The translations under genes were made by a program, and so were the position numbers. The notes beneath the pieces were generated by a model, which saw only the letters and a program-made list of their open reading frames with translations, did no database searches and was not told where the DNA came from. Shown here in pieces: positions 27,011 to 35,132 of a stretch of DNA of 39,556 nucleotides (positions are counted from its first letter, which is position 1; every line of letters begins with the position of its first letter). Source of the stretch: a virus (Duplodnaviria > Caudoviricetes); the IMG/VR virus record IMGVR_UViG_3300032257_000043, positions 1 to 39,556 of that record; one strand, given 5' to 3'.

Positions 27011-27654
27011 TGATTAAAAATGCTTGGTATGTCTCTTAAGTCATCGTGCTTAACTTCAAGTATTTTTGTTTTTGTTTTGTGATGAGTTATTCTTGGGCTA
27101 TAAACAGCCTCATAGTCACTCATTCCCATTCGTTTTCTTCTTCTGATAGTCGCGCTATGTACGACAACATTTGGCATTCTAGCCCATGCGGAAGCTGTCA
27201 TTGTTTTGCCGTCAATAGTAAGAAAGAACTTGCCCATAGATGTTCTTGAGTGGCCTCTGAACGTATTACACCCGATACATAAGCACCTTAGATTACCTTC
27301 GTTGTTATTCGTGACGTCTTCATCTATATGATCAATATGGCATGTTTTCCAATTTACAGGATCGCCACATAATTCACAGTAATCTGCTACACCATTAAAC
27401 GTATTGAAATAGACAAGTCTATGCTCGTACACGTATCCGCGCTTATCTGCAAGTGGGTGATCTGGTTCGTGCAGCGATTGATAACCAGCCGGATTATTTA
27501 TCCTGTATGCTTTTTTCCGGTTATGTTTGCTAGGGTCTCTTGATTCTTTCTTGTGATAGTAACCATTCCGCATAAATCTGAAATAATGCTTTTGACAAAC
27601 CTGTTGCTTTTTATACGCGGCTTCACGGCCGCATCCATCAATCTTGCATTCCAT
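27004..27654 (-). CDS. HNH homing endonuclease
   Basis: CKIDGC..CQKHY zinc motif; HPLA..GYVYEHR; CELC..HIDH..NN..NL..LC..CN. Confidence 0.88.
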   Translation of the reverse strand: MECKIDGCGREAAYKKQQVCQKHYFRFMRNGYYHKKESRDPSKHNRKKAYRINNPAGYQSLHEPDHPLADKRGYVYEHRLVYFNTFNGVADYCELCGDPVNWKTCHIDHIDEDVTNNNEGNLRCLCIGCNTFRGHSRTSMGKFFLTIDGKTMTASAWARMPNVVVHSATIRRRKRMGMSDYEAVYSPRITHHKTKTKILEVKHDDLRDIPSIFNHS

Positions 27655-27688
27655 AAATCACCTGTTACATAAAACTTACATGTAACAA

Positions 27689-28288
27689 TTATAATCCATG
27701 CTTTTTATTAAATCTATACACTTCTCGCCTTGCTCGTTTATTAAACACTTTCTTTAATCTTGCCAAGTATTCAATATCATATCTCACTAATTCATTTTGA
27801 CATTCAAGCCAGTCAACCCGATCAGCGCCTAATTTCTTTATTAGCCTTATACGATATTCCAACAAGTTACCGCTAAGTACAGAATTACAGGTCGCACAGC
27901 TAGCATGAATATTGAACGTGTTGAATCTTAATGAGCTACAAGCGCCAACGCTGCGATAGTGAGAAGCATGTCGTTGATGTTGTCCGTTATCTGGCTTGTC
28001 ACAGCTTATACAAGGCTTTCCGGCATCTCTGGCTCTGATATATGAATTAACGGCTGCCTGAGCTTCCTTGGCCCATTCTGAGCGCGTTTTGTGTTTCTCT
28101 TTAAATTCTTTCTTAGCCTTCCGGTTTTCTTTCTTCTCGGTCTTGATGCTTTCTTTCTTGGCTGATTCGCCGTCGATAATTGCACATTTAATGCTACAGG
28201 TGCGAGCGAGTGTATTGGGTGGCGTGAATTTCTCCTGACATACTTTACAGGGTTTCTTCCTTGCTGGCTTAAGGGCTGTTTGTTTCAT
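27689..28288 (-). CDS. ninG: recombination endonuclease NinG (Rap)
   Basis: CKVC..CS.KCA, AQ.AVN.YIR.RD..PCISC, HY.SVG..LRF..NIH..C..CN..SGN..YR..L. Confidence 0.92.
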   Translation of the reverse strand: MKQTALKPARKKPCKVCQEKFTPPNTLARTCSIKCAIIDGESAKKESIKTEKKENRKAKKEFKEKHKTRSEWAKEAQAAVNSYIRARDAGKPCISCDKPDNGQHQRHASHYRSVGACSSLRFNTFNIHASCATCNSVLSGNLLEYRIRLIKKLGADRVDWLECQNELVRYDIEYLARLKKVFNKRARREVYRFNKKHGL

Positions 28289-28662
28289 TGTGGTAGGGGT
28301 AGATTCATGCCTAAATCATGGCCTATCTCTACAGTGCCATCGATTAGCAAAGAATAACCATGACGCTTTTCGGCTTCTGAGCTTGGTATCTGCTCCAAGT
28401 CGTTACCATCTAAATCTTTAACGATCTCAACGCCCATTATTTTAACCTTGAGAATGTTTTTCATCTCTAACGGCGTATAGCCCAATTCTTTAGCCATGAT
28501 GTTTATCAGAACATGCCAGAATCCTCTCTGAGCTGCCGTCTTGTCGTGTTTATAGTCTTCTATGGTAACTTGGCATATATGATCACCCATAAGCCTTTGT
28601 ACTTCATTTAAGGCGCGTTTCTTTGATAGGACAGAATTAACGACTATGACTAGCTTATCCAT
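28285..28662 (-). CDS. ninB: recombination protein NinB-like
   Basis: V.IE..KT.AQ..WH pattern; adjacent to ninG. Confidence 0.7.
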   Translation of the reverse strand: MDKLVIVVNSVLSKKRALNEVQRLMGDHICQVTIEDYKHDKTAAQRGFWHVLINIMAKELGYTPLEMKNILKVKIMGVEIVKDLDGNDLEQIPSSEAEKRHGYSLLIDGTVEIGHDLGMNLPLPQ

Positions 28663-28664
28663 CC

Positions 28665-28889
28665 TTAATGCTTTGCGCCATTCATATCTGCTTCTATAGC
28701 GTCCGCAATATCTCTTAGCGCAGCAACTAGAAATTCAGCATCATCATCAAGACAATGACCAACGACAACACCTTCATCAACATCTAAAAAAAATGTAGGA
28801 GTGCCGTCAATGCCTATCGAGACTTGAACTTTGTCTTTTATATAATCGCTAAAATTATCATAAGAAACAATATCTTTATTTATTTTCAT
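28665..28889 (-). CDS. hypothetical protein
   Basis: 74 aa, overlapping neighbours, AGGTG RBS. Confidence 0.6.
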   Translation of the reverse strand: MKINKDIVSYDNFSDYIKDKVQVSIGIDGTPTFFLDVDEGVVVGHCLDDDAEFLVAALRDIADAIEADMNGAKH

Positions 28890-29071
28890 TTTATTTCACC
28901 TTTTATCTGTTTGCATAAATTCCAAATCTTCATTTTCCATTCCTCGCCATAAATACTTGCTCTATGCTTAAAATCCGCCATCATCAAGCCTGATTCATCC
29001 CTATACAGCTTCATAGCATATTGGTGGCTGTGAAAGGCTCGCTGTTTTTGCATTCTTTCGTCGGTTGTCAT
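28886..29071 (-). CDS. hypothetical protein
   Basis: 61 aa, TAATG coupling. Confidence 0.6.
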   Translation of the reverse strand: MTTDERMQKQRAFHSHQYAMKLYRDESGLMMADFKHRASIYGEEWKMKIWNLCKQIKGEIK

Positions 29072-29244
29072 TAGAAATATGGCTGCTCTTTAATATATTT
29101 AATAGCCGATTCTTTAAATGTTTCAGTAAACAATATAATACCGCCGTCTTTTGTGTGTTCGATATTAACAACGTGCAAGCTGTCTTTAGCTGATGTTCCC
29201 GTTGTTGCATTTTCAGGCCATATTAACACTTTGCTACTATCCAC
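29071..29244 (-). CDS. 57-aa hypothetical protein (MDSSKVLIWP...AIKYIKEQPYF)
   Basis: Hand-translated GTG start with GAGGTG RBS; paralogous to 35390-35566. Confidence 0.65.
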   Translation of the reverse strand: MDSSKVLIWPENATTGTSAKDSLHVVNIEHTKDGGIILFTETFKESAIKYIKEQPYF

Positions 29245-29261
29245 AACTCACCTCTTAATAT

Positions 29262-29336
29262 TGGAGCGGCGGGCGGGAATCGAACCCGCGTCTTTAGGGT
29301 GGAAACCTAATGTCTGAACCACTAGACGACCTCCGC
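29262..29336 (-). tRNA. tRNA-Gly(TCC)
   Basis: Cloverleaf GCGGAGG..GTCT/AGAC..TTAGG-TTTCCAC-CCTAA..GCGGG-TTCGATT-CCCGC..CCGCCGC T CCA; A5-G68 mismatch. Confidence 0.93.
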
Positions 29337-29342
29337 TTTATA

Positions 29343-29400
29343 TGGCGACAACCAGCTACCCAATGCGCTACACATTGTTAAAAGGTGGTAGCTGGTTGCC
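29343..29400 (-). ncRNA. candidate 58-nt CCA-ending minihelix-like RNA
   Basis: 14-bp terminal stem GGCAACCAGCTACC/GGTAGCTGGTTGTC plus GCCA; 6 nt upstream of the tRNA. Confidence 0.5.
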
Positions 29401-29410
29401 ATAAACTTAT

Positions 29411-29593
29411 TTATTCGCCGTCATCATCAAACCAGACAGTAACATAAGCGGCTGGCGGAACAAATACGCCGATACCGTGAATTGCCTCGCATTTATAATT
29501 CGATTCAAAGTCACAGCTTGCAAACTTTGCCGCGTTCCAAATCCACGGCGTAATTAATAATGCTACTACTATTAACATTGTGCTTGTTTTCAT
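29411..29593 (-). CDS. small membrane protein
   Basis: 60 aa, hydrophobic N-terminus, GGAGAGAG RBS. Confidence 0.65.
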   Translation of the reverse strand: MKTSTMLIVVALLITPWIWNAAKFASCDFESNYKCEAIHGIGVFVPPAAYVTVWFDDDGE

Positions 29594-29654
29594 TCTCTCT
29601 CTCCAATTATACGCCCATAAGGGCGGGTTAATTAATTACTGATTTTGGCAAGTC

Positions 29655-30002
29655 TCAAAACGGAATATCTTGATCGAAATCATCGCCACCACTAAAAGCC
29701 GGTGCTGTATTCTGCTGTTGAGCTGGCTGGCTTTGTTGCCGCCCTGATTGGTTGTTATCAGTTCGGCTTTCACGACTATAAACACCGACCATCAAGCTAC
29801 TGCCTTTTGTTACTTTTCCGGCTTCCTTGTTCATTTTGGATTGCTTGATATAAAGACCGGCTAAATCTACGCCAATATCCATCAGAATGTACTCACCATT
29901 CTCGCCATCTAACAAAGTTCCAATTCTGACAAACTCGCCTTTATCCTGACCTGTTCCACGGTCTTTGTATGTTCCAACTTTTACCACTAAGTCTTTATTC
30001 AT
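29655..30002 (-). CDS. putative single-stranded DNA-binding protein
   Basis: Q-rich linker and acidic tail DDFDQDIPF. Confidence 0.65.
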   Translation of the reverse strand: MNKDLVVKVGTYKDRGTGQDKGEFVRIGTLLDGENGEYILMDIGVDLAGLYIKQSKMNKEAGKVTKGSSLMVGVYSRESRTDNNQSGRQQSQPAQQQNTAPAFSGGDDFDQDIPF

Positions 30003-30052
30003 TTATTTCGCTCCGGTTATTTTCATTAAAGTTTTTTCATTCAGACTGATCA

Positions 30053-30394
30053 TCACACCAACCTCATTGAATTAAACATATCGACTGCATGTTTCTTTGT
30101 GACTCTAGCTGCTTGTGATTTTATAAAAGCATCAAATTGACCTCTTGACTTACCAAGTGGCATAGTCGTGGCCTGTTCTTCACTCCATCCAGTATTTAAA
30201 CGGCTGGCAATATCATTTGTTCTCAGGTGATTGTCATAGTGCAATTTGTGATACTCGACAAACCATGCCGCCGTGCGGCTGACTTTTACAGCTTCGCCAT
30301 TTTCAAACACATAGCCTTCTAGCTTCCGGCCTTCTTTCTTTCCGTAATTGTTGCAAGTGTTTTCGGGTTCTTTTATATCAAGATAACTTTTCAT
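30053..30394 (-). CDS. hypothetical protein with HNH-associated DNA-binding motif
   Basis: IASRLNTGWSEEQATTMP; ATG 30394 overlaps the upstream stop. Confidence 0.55.
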   Translation of the reverse strand: MKSYLDIKEPENTCNNYGKKEGRKLEGYVFENGEAVKVSRTAAWFVEYHKLHYDNHLRTNDIASRLNTGWSEEQATTMPLGKSRGQFDAFIKSQAARVTKKHAVDMFNSMRLV

Positions 30395-30669
30395 ATTAAG
30401 TACCACGTATAAGCCATTTTTCCAGTAACAGAGCATTTACGCTTATCGCCTTTCATGGACTTGAGCGAGTCAGGGAGTCGCTTGTGTAGAAGATCGTTAT
30501 CAATGCCTGTAATTATCGATAACTCGCGGCTAGTAAAGCCCTGATGAGCTTCAAGCACCTTTTCAGCTATCTGGACACCTTTTAATCGAGTTCCATCTTG
30601 GCTTATGGTCATATCTGCCATGTAGCTAGTAATTGGATCGCTATTTCTTGATGCTGGTGTAAAGTTCAT
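30391..30669 (-). CDS. winged-helix DNA-binding protein
   Basis: SRNSDPITS, T.REL..KRLPD, R.CSVTG pattern. Confidence 0.65.
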   Translation of the reverse strand: MNFTPASRNSDPITSYMADMTISQDGTRLKGVQIAEKVLEAHQGFTSRELSIITGIDNDLLHKRLPDSLKSMKGDKRKCSVTGKMAYTWYLI

Positions 30670-30671
30670 TA

Positions 30672-31541
30672 TTAATCTCCACAAAAACAAGGTATTGTTT
30701 CATCATCTTCAAAAACGAATAGTGATGGCTGCTCTAATGCTAATCTCTTCATTTCTTTATAGCTTGGTTGATCTGCTCTAAAAAAAGCGCCTTTTCCAAC
30801 ATCTTCACTAAGCTCAAGCTCAAGCTCAATCCACCAATCTGCCAGCTCTGGGCGCTCTCTGATAATGCTTTGTTTTTTGCTGTATCCTTTTAAAAAACAT
30901 AAATCACAATTACCCCAATCTGTTACACCTTTATTATTTGGTAGATTCAAATCAAAATCCTGAGTATTCCAGAAATTATAAACGTCTATAGCAGAAACAC
31001 CGTCAAGATATAATGGCAAATATCTTTCTTGTCCGCTTTCTATGGTGTTGTGCATTTTAGAGGCTCTGCGTTGCTCATCCGCTCTTATGCCGATACATCC
31101 AATATATGGCGTTTCAAAATTACAAATATCTTTCAAGTATTCAGATATAGCGCGTATTTTCAGGTCTACAGTGCAGAACCTCGCCACAGGATTCGGTGCA
31201 TATCGCCTAGCCTTAACCAGCGATCTAAACGGCTCACCATTTCTGCTTGCGGTCTCATAGCTCACTATTTTTGTTTCATAAACAAATTTGTTTTTTTCAT
31301 CTTCTCTTGATGTCCTTGCGAACCTTTCCAGCCAGACAATATCAACGCCCCATTTATCTCCGCACTCTTTAACAAAATCTAATGTTTGAGGCATTTCTTT
31401 GCCTGTATTAGCAAAACAGATTTTTATATAATCTGGAAGTTTATTATTATGAGCTTCTAATATTTTCCATAGCATAAATCCAGATGTTCTCCCGCCACTA
31501 AAACTTATCACTGCTGGCTCATCTATAAAATACGGATTCAT
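30672..31541 (-). CDS. PAPS-reductase-family (NinC-like) protein with Cys clusters
   Basis: SFSGGRTS PP-loop, FANTGKE, RFCT..LK, GIRADE, GNCDLCFLK, PCFC. Confidence 0.88.
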   Translation of the reverse strand: MNPYFIDEPAVISFSGGRTSGFMLWKILEAHNNKLPDYIKICFANTGKEMPQTLDFVKECGDKWGVDIVWLERFARTSREDEKNKFVYETKIVSYETASRNGEPFRSLVKARRYAPNPVARFCTVDLKIRAISEYLKDICNFETPYIGCIGIRADEQRRASKMHNTIESGQERYLPLYLDGVSAIDVYNFWNTQDFDLNLPNNKGVTDWGNCDLCFLKGYSKKQSIIRERPELADWWIELELELSEDVGKGAFFRADQPSYKEMKRLALEQPSLFVFEDDETIPCFCGD

Positions 31542-31867
31542 TATCTCGCTCCTGTTAACCAATTATTAATCGGACATTGTTTGTGCTGTTTGATCATCTT
31601 AGCCTCGACAGATTTCTTGCTGTCTGACTTGCCGTATGTATCTTCATACCATTTGATAAACTTTGCCCGACTCTTTTCTGTATGCTTGGCTTTCGACTTC
31701 ATCGCCCATTCATACTTTTCCCGATGCTCTCTCATGGAAATCGGGATTAGGTATCTTGATACCGCTTTAACACCGAATATCTTTGCAATCTTTTCTAAGC
31801 TTAACCCGTCCTGCATGTGCAATCGTCTTGCCTTATCCCTTGTTTGATAATCGTAAGAGCCTTTCAT
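31541..31867 (-). CDS. hypothetical HTH-like protein
   Basis: GLSLEKIAKIFGV; coupled to neighbours. Confidence 0.55.
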   Translation of the reverse strand: MKGSYDYQTRDKARRLHMQDGLSLEKIAKIFGVKAVSRYLIPISMREHREKYEWAMKSKAKHTEKSRAKFIKWYEDTYGKSDSKKSVEAKMIKQHKQCPINNWLTGAR

Positions 31868-32091
31868 TTGCTGAACATATCCTTAGTTTTGTCGCAGCGG
31901 TCAGGTAATTCCTTCACCTCTCCCTTATCATCAACGGAGTTAATTAGCTCACGCTTGTCGGTCTTAGTGTTAGCGAATGCCTGAATAGCTGGCCAGTCAA
32001 TATCGTAGCAGCGTATCTCATGGCGCTTAAGCCCTGCTTCATCCTTGCGGGCTTTGAAGTCGCGTTGAATTTGTTTGTTAGTTTTAGGCAT
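31864..32091 (-). CDS. hypothetical protein
   Basis: KTN.Q.QR.F.ARK..AGL.R.E pattern of small DNA-binding proteins. Confidence 0.55.
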   Translation of the reverse strand: MPKTNKQIQRDFKARKDEAGLKRHEIRCYDIDWPAIQAFANTKTDKRELINSVDDKGEVKELPDRCDKTKDMFSK

Positions 32092-32435
32092 TATTTGAGG
32101 CCAAGTATTTTTCTTGCTGATTCAGGCCAAAAAGTATCACTTCCCCATCCATCTGTTTCGCTTTCCATTTTATAGCAGCGGATAATTTCACCATCTATCT
32201 CAAGTTCCGGCGTTGCCCACGTTGATGCAAGATAGCAATATTGTTCATCAGGTATCTTGCCATCACGAAATATTGTTCCGCCGGTATATTCCCAATCACT
32301 AGCAAGTCCAGCGCTTGCGTTCAAAGCCCCGCTTTCTTTGATTAGCGTAGCGGCTCTGTCCCAATCAAACACCATTGATTCCTTACCTCGATTTGCTTCA
32401 CCCTTCATAAATGCCTGCATCGAATCCATCTTCAT
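32091..32435 (-). CDS. phage hypothetical protein
   Basis: VFDW..AA..AGL..DWE.TGG..YLAS.WATP; AGGAG RBS. Confidence 0.7.
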   Translation of the reverse strand: MKMDSMQAFMKGEANRGKESMVFDWDRAATLIKESGALNASAGLASDWEYTGGTIFRDGKIPDEQYCYLASTWATPELEIDGEIIRCYKMESETDGWGSDTFWPESARKILGLK

Positions 32436-32540
32436 ACTCCTGATTTATTGTTAATGTGCTTCTAGATTAAATCATTACCGGAAACATTACCAATTAATAA
32501 TACCTATCATTCCCTCTGGTTGTATTGGGTTTGTTAATCG

Positions 32541-32732
32541 TTAAAGAGATTCACTAGCGAGTCTTCCAGTTTTCTTGATATGAGATAGGCCGACTTCAAC
32601 GACCTTAGTAATATTTGCTTTTTCACACAATGAAACAGCTACCGCCTCACTTTCTGATCTTGCTATAACAGCATGGCTCAATGAATAACCGTTGTTATAT
32701 TCTTCTACTTGATATATAAAATATTTGCTCAT
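32541..32732 (-). CDS. hypothetical protein
   Basis: 63 aa, purine-rich RBS, VIA.SE.EA motif. Confidence 0.6.
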   Translation of the reverse strand: MSKYFIYQVEEYNNGYSLSHAVIARSESEAVAVSLCEKANITKVVEVGLSHIKKTGRLASESL

Positions 32733-32754
32733 AATCTTCTCTCTTATTGGTTGG

Positions 32755-32985
32755 TTAAACGTTTTTTGTGTTCATGCAGGCTCTGATAGCGTTACCAAGG
32801 ACAGCATCATGTTCTTCGTTATCATCAACAAATGCGATAGCCTCTGCACAAGCATGGCGCGTTATTTTGTCCTGTTCTTTGAGGGCTTTGATAATCAGCT
32901 CCGTCATACTTATATCAAATGTATTAATATTAAGATTATGAAAATCCTTAATAACATTTTTAGCTCTTTCTTCTGCTGTTTTCAT
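32755..32985 (-). CDS. hypothetical protein
   Basis: GAGGT RBS before MKTAEER. Confidence 0.6.
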   Translation of the reverse strand: MKTAEERAKNVIKDFHNLNINTFDISMTELIIKALKEQDKITRHACAEAIAFVDDNEEHDAVLGNAIRACMNTKNV

Positions 32986-33040
32986 ATCTACCTCTGCTAA
33001 TATTCTCGCCCTTATCTCACTTCTTAGGCGGTTACGGGTG

Positions 33041-33484
33041 TTACATGCCAAGCTTCTTTTTCATTTCAGCCAGGCAATCCTCAGCGACCTCTGGTGTTGC
33101 TTTCTGGGTTAGCTGTCGATCTCTGGGAATATAATCTTTGTAAGCGGCTGATTTATGCTGCCATGATTCGCCCTCACCTTTGCAGCACTTAACGAACTCA
33201 GGAGCGCTCGGAGGCCAATCTTCTAGCCAACCATCAAGGCCGCGCTTAATATCGTCACCTGAGAGACCTGAGAGCTGCTCAGACCATTCTTTTATGGCTG
33301 TTTCTTCAATGCCTTGCATAGCTGATACCCATTTATGCCCGTATCGAGCTTGAAGCTTCTTAAATAGCTCAGTTGTCCAGTGTTGCGGTAAAGCCGTTTT
33401 CTGCGATGTCTCTGGCTGCGATTTCGTCGAGCTTGTCGCTGAATTGTTTTGCTTTTGGGGTGCTAGTTCGTTGATTTGTTTCAT
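33041..33484 (-). CDS. replication protein P-like helicase loader
   Basis: LF..L..YG..W, W..L, WPPS.PEF..C; follows the initiator gene. Confidence 0.7.
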   Translation of the reverse strand: MKQINELAPQKQNNSATSSTKSQPETSQKTALPQHWTTELFKKLQARYGHKWVSAMQGIEETAIKEWSEQLSGLSGDDIKRGLDGWLEDWPPSAPEFVKCCKGEGESWQHKSAAYKDYIPRDRQLTQKATPEVAEDCLAEMKKKLGM

Positions 33485-34127
33485 TTGCCTTTTCCTTATT
33501 TCGTGAGTTCCAGTTGCTTACAGCAGCCTTCCAGTTTTTCATTTTGGTTTTGCCGACCATCCAGCCGTTAGATTCGTAATGATTTAAAAACCGTTCAGCA
33601 TCAACTTGATATTGTTTTTCGAGAATATAGGATTTGATCTCATCAAGAGAGGGCGGGGTAAATTTTTTTACCCCCTTCTTTTGAATTTGTTTGGTTTTGG
33701 TTATTGGTTCTGGTTCTTGGTTCTGGTTACGAACACCTGTTGACTCGCTGTTGAACACCTGTTGAACACCTGTTGAACTTGATTTGTCTTTATCTTTCAG
33801 TGCTTTACGCGCCTTTGCGGATGCCTTGCCTGCTTTAGACTTGTTTTTATTGTTACGCTGATATTCTTTTATAATTTCATTGCAACGATTATGTTCATAG
33901 CCTTTTTCTGTTAAAATGAAGTATTCGCGCAACACCTGTTGAACGGCGTATATTTGAATCTCGTCATCGGCTAGTATTTTTTTGCAAAGATATTCGAGGT
34001 CATCAATCAGAGGTTTTTCAGAATCGTAATATAATTCGATAAGGTCGCGGTAAATAGATCGCTCTATACGCGTTAGATGACGTGTAGCATTGTTGAAATC
34101 ACCTATATGGTGAGGGTAGTAGTTCAT
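33369..34127 (-). CDS. replication initiator, YdaU/DUF1376 family
   Basis: MNYYPHHIGDF..T.HL..E..Y..L..YY..E.PL; C-terminal F.PP..F..HY.SNGW.VG..MK.WKAA. Confidence 0.85.
   Translation of the reverse strand: MNYYPHHIGDFNNATRHLTRIERSIYRDLIELYYDSEKPLIDDLEYLCKKILADDEIQIYAVQQVLREYFILTEKGYEHNRCNEIIKEYQRNNKNKSKAGKASAKARKALKDKDKSSSTGVQQVFNSESTGVRNQNQEPEPITKTKQIQKKGVKKFTPPSLDEIKSYILEKQYQVDAERFLNHYESNGWMVGKTKMKNWKAAVSNWNSRNKEKANETNQRTSTPKAKQFSDKLDEIAARDIAENGFTATLDN
33690..33779. repeat. putative replication origin: 11-bp iterons plus TGGTT repeats
   Basis: AACACCTGTTG x3 and one variant in tandem at 33732-33775, extra copy at 33931-33941, inside the initiator gene. Confidence 0.8.
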
Positions 34128-34130
34128 AAT

Positions 34131-34250
34131 TAAGCCCTAGTTGTATGCCCTAAGAATTGAGAACGCTGGCAATCAGGGCAATGACTGTCCTTTGGTGATC
34201 AAGCCAAAGTAAGCACAGCGCGTTTATTTCAATATGATCATTATATCACA
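34131..34250 (-). promoter_or_regulatory. extended -10 promoter and structured leader of the initiator gene
   Basis: TGATATAAT at 34248-34240; branched hairpin 34224-34162; loop GCCCT complementary to two AGGGC boxes near the start codon. Confidence 0.55.
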
Positions 34251-34287
34251 TTCCTGTTTTGGCTCTAGGTCAATTCAGGATTTTTTA

Positions 34288-34503
34288 TTAATAGTTCTTC
34301 ATGTAACATTCTGTCGGGAAATCTGCCCCCGCTTCACGGCAGGCGCATATTTCACCGCATGGTTTATCGACTATAACCGATGTTAAAACACCATGTTCAA
34401 GTGCCATCTCTTGAATATCATCACCAGAAAAATCATTGCCTTCACCGGCCAGATAAATCAAATCGTTTACAAAGTTTATTAATCGTAATGTACTATCACT
34501 CAC
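34288..34503 (-). CDS. hypothetical Cys-rich protein
   Basis: PCGE.CAC..FP.ECY; AGGAG RBS with GTG start. Confidence 0.65.
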   Translation of the reverse strand: MSDSTLRLINFVNDLIYLAGEGNDFSGDDIQEMALEHGVLTSVIVDKPCGEICACREAGADFPTECYMKNY

Positions 34504-34537
34504 AATCTATCTCCTGATTAACATCAAGTTAGGGTGT

Positions 34538-34702
34538 TTATTCTTCAACTGATAACACTTCCGCGTCATAAGTAGATTCAAATCCGCATTCAGCAATACC
34601 TACAGCTTTATTTAGTGCTTCATCTTCTGATTCTGCTTCAACGGTTACAATATCACTGTGTTTTTCAGTAATCTTAACCCTATATGTTTTTTTATCGCTC
34701 AT
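34538..34702 (-). CDS. 54-aa DpnD/PcfM-like protein
   Basis: Hand-translated; Y.VKI.E..V.VEAESEDEA; AGGAGAGG RBS. Confidence 0.65.
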   Translation of the reverse strand: MSDKKTYRVKITEKHSDIVTVEAESEDEALNKAVGIAECGFESTYDAEVLSVEE

Positions 34703-34733
34703 AACCTCTCCTATCAGTTGTGGTATAATTAAA

Positions 34734-34904
34734 CTACGAATTCGTTTCTTTCTTTATGGTTTTGGTGTGGTGCTTAAATTCGCAATTGCTACATTTTTCA
34801 CCTTCGTATACTTGCTCGTCATCACAACCATAGCACCAGAACCGACCATCACTTTTTGGAGACATTCTTTTTTCACGATTTGATTTGCGGTATTCTTCAC
34901 TCAT
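34734..34904 (-). CDS. 56-aa zinc-ribbon protein
   Basis: Hand-translated; WCYGCD..KCSNC; GAGG RBS. Confidence 0.65.
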   Translation of the reverse strand: MSEEYRKSNREKRMSPKSDGRFWCYGCDDEQVYEGEKCSNCEFKHHTKTIKKETNS

Positions 34905-34951
34905 CCTCTATCTCCTTCTCAGTGTTATAATGGGTTTAATAAACTGCTCTT

Positions 34952-35122
34952 TTACAGTTTGGAATATTTATCATTGAACCATGTGGCGATTCTTTGTTGA
35001 GCTGCTTCGTCAACGTCGCCATAGTTGGTAAAATGCTCAAGCACTTGAGCCAGCCCAGATAGACAATTCAATTCGTCATCATCATAAACCAGTTTTATTT
35101 CTAACTTTAATTCGTCACTCAT
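34952..35122 (-). CDS. hypothetical acidic protein
   Basis: AGGTGAAG before MSDELK. Confidence 0.55.
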   Translation of the reverse strand: MSDELKLEIKLVYDDDELNCLSGLAQVLEHFTNYGDVDEAAQQRIATWFNDKYSKL

Positions 35123-35132
35123 CTCTTCACCT

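Noticed and set aside
29001-29210. 69-aa ORF from the track
   Set aside because: The alternative frame 29071-29244 has an RBS, TAATG coupling and a paralogue
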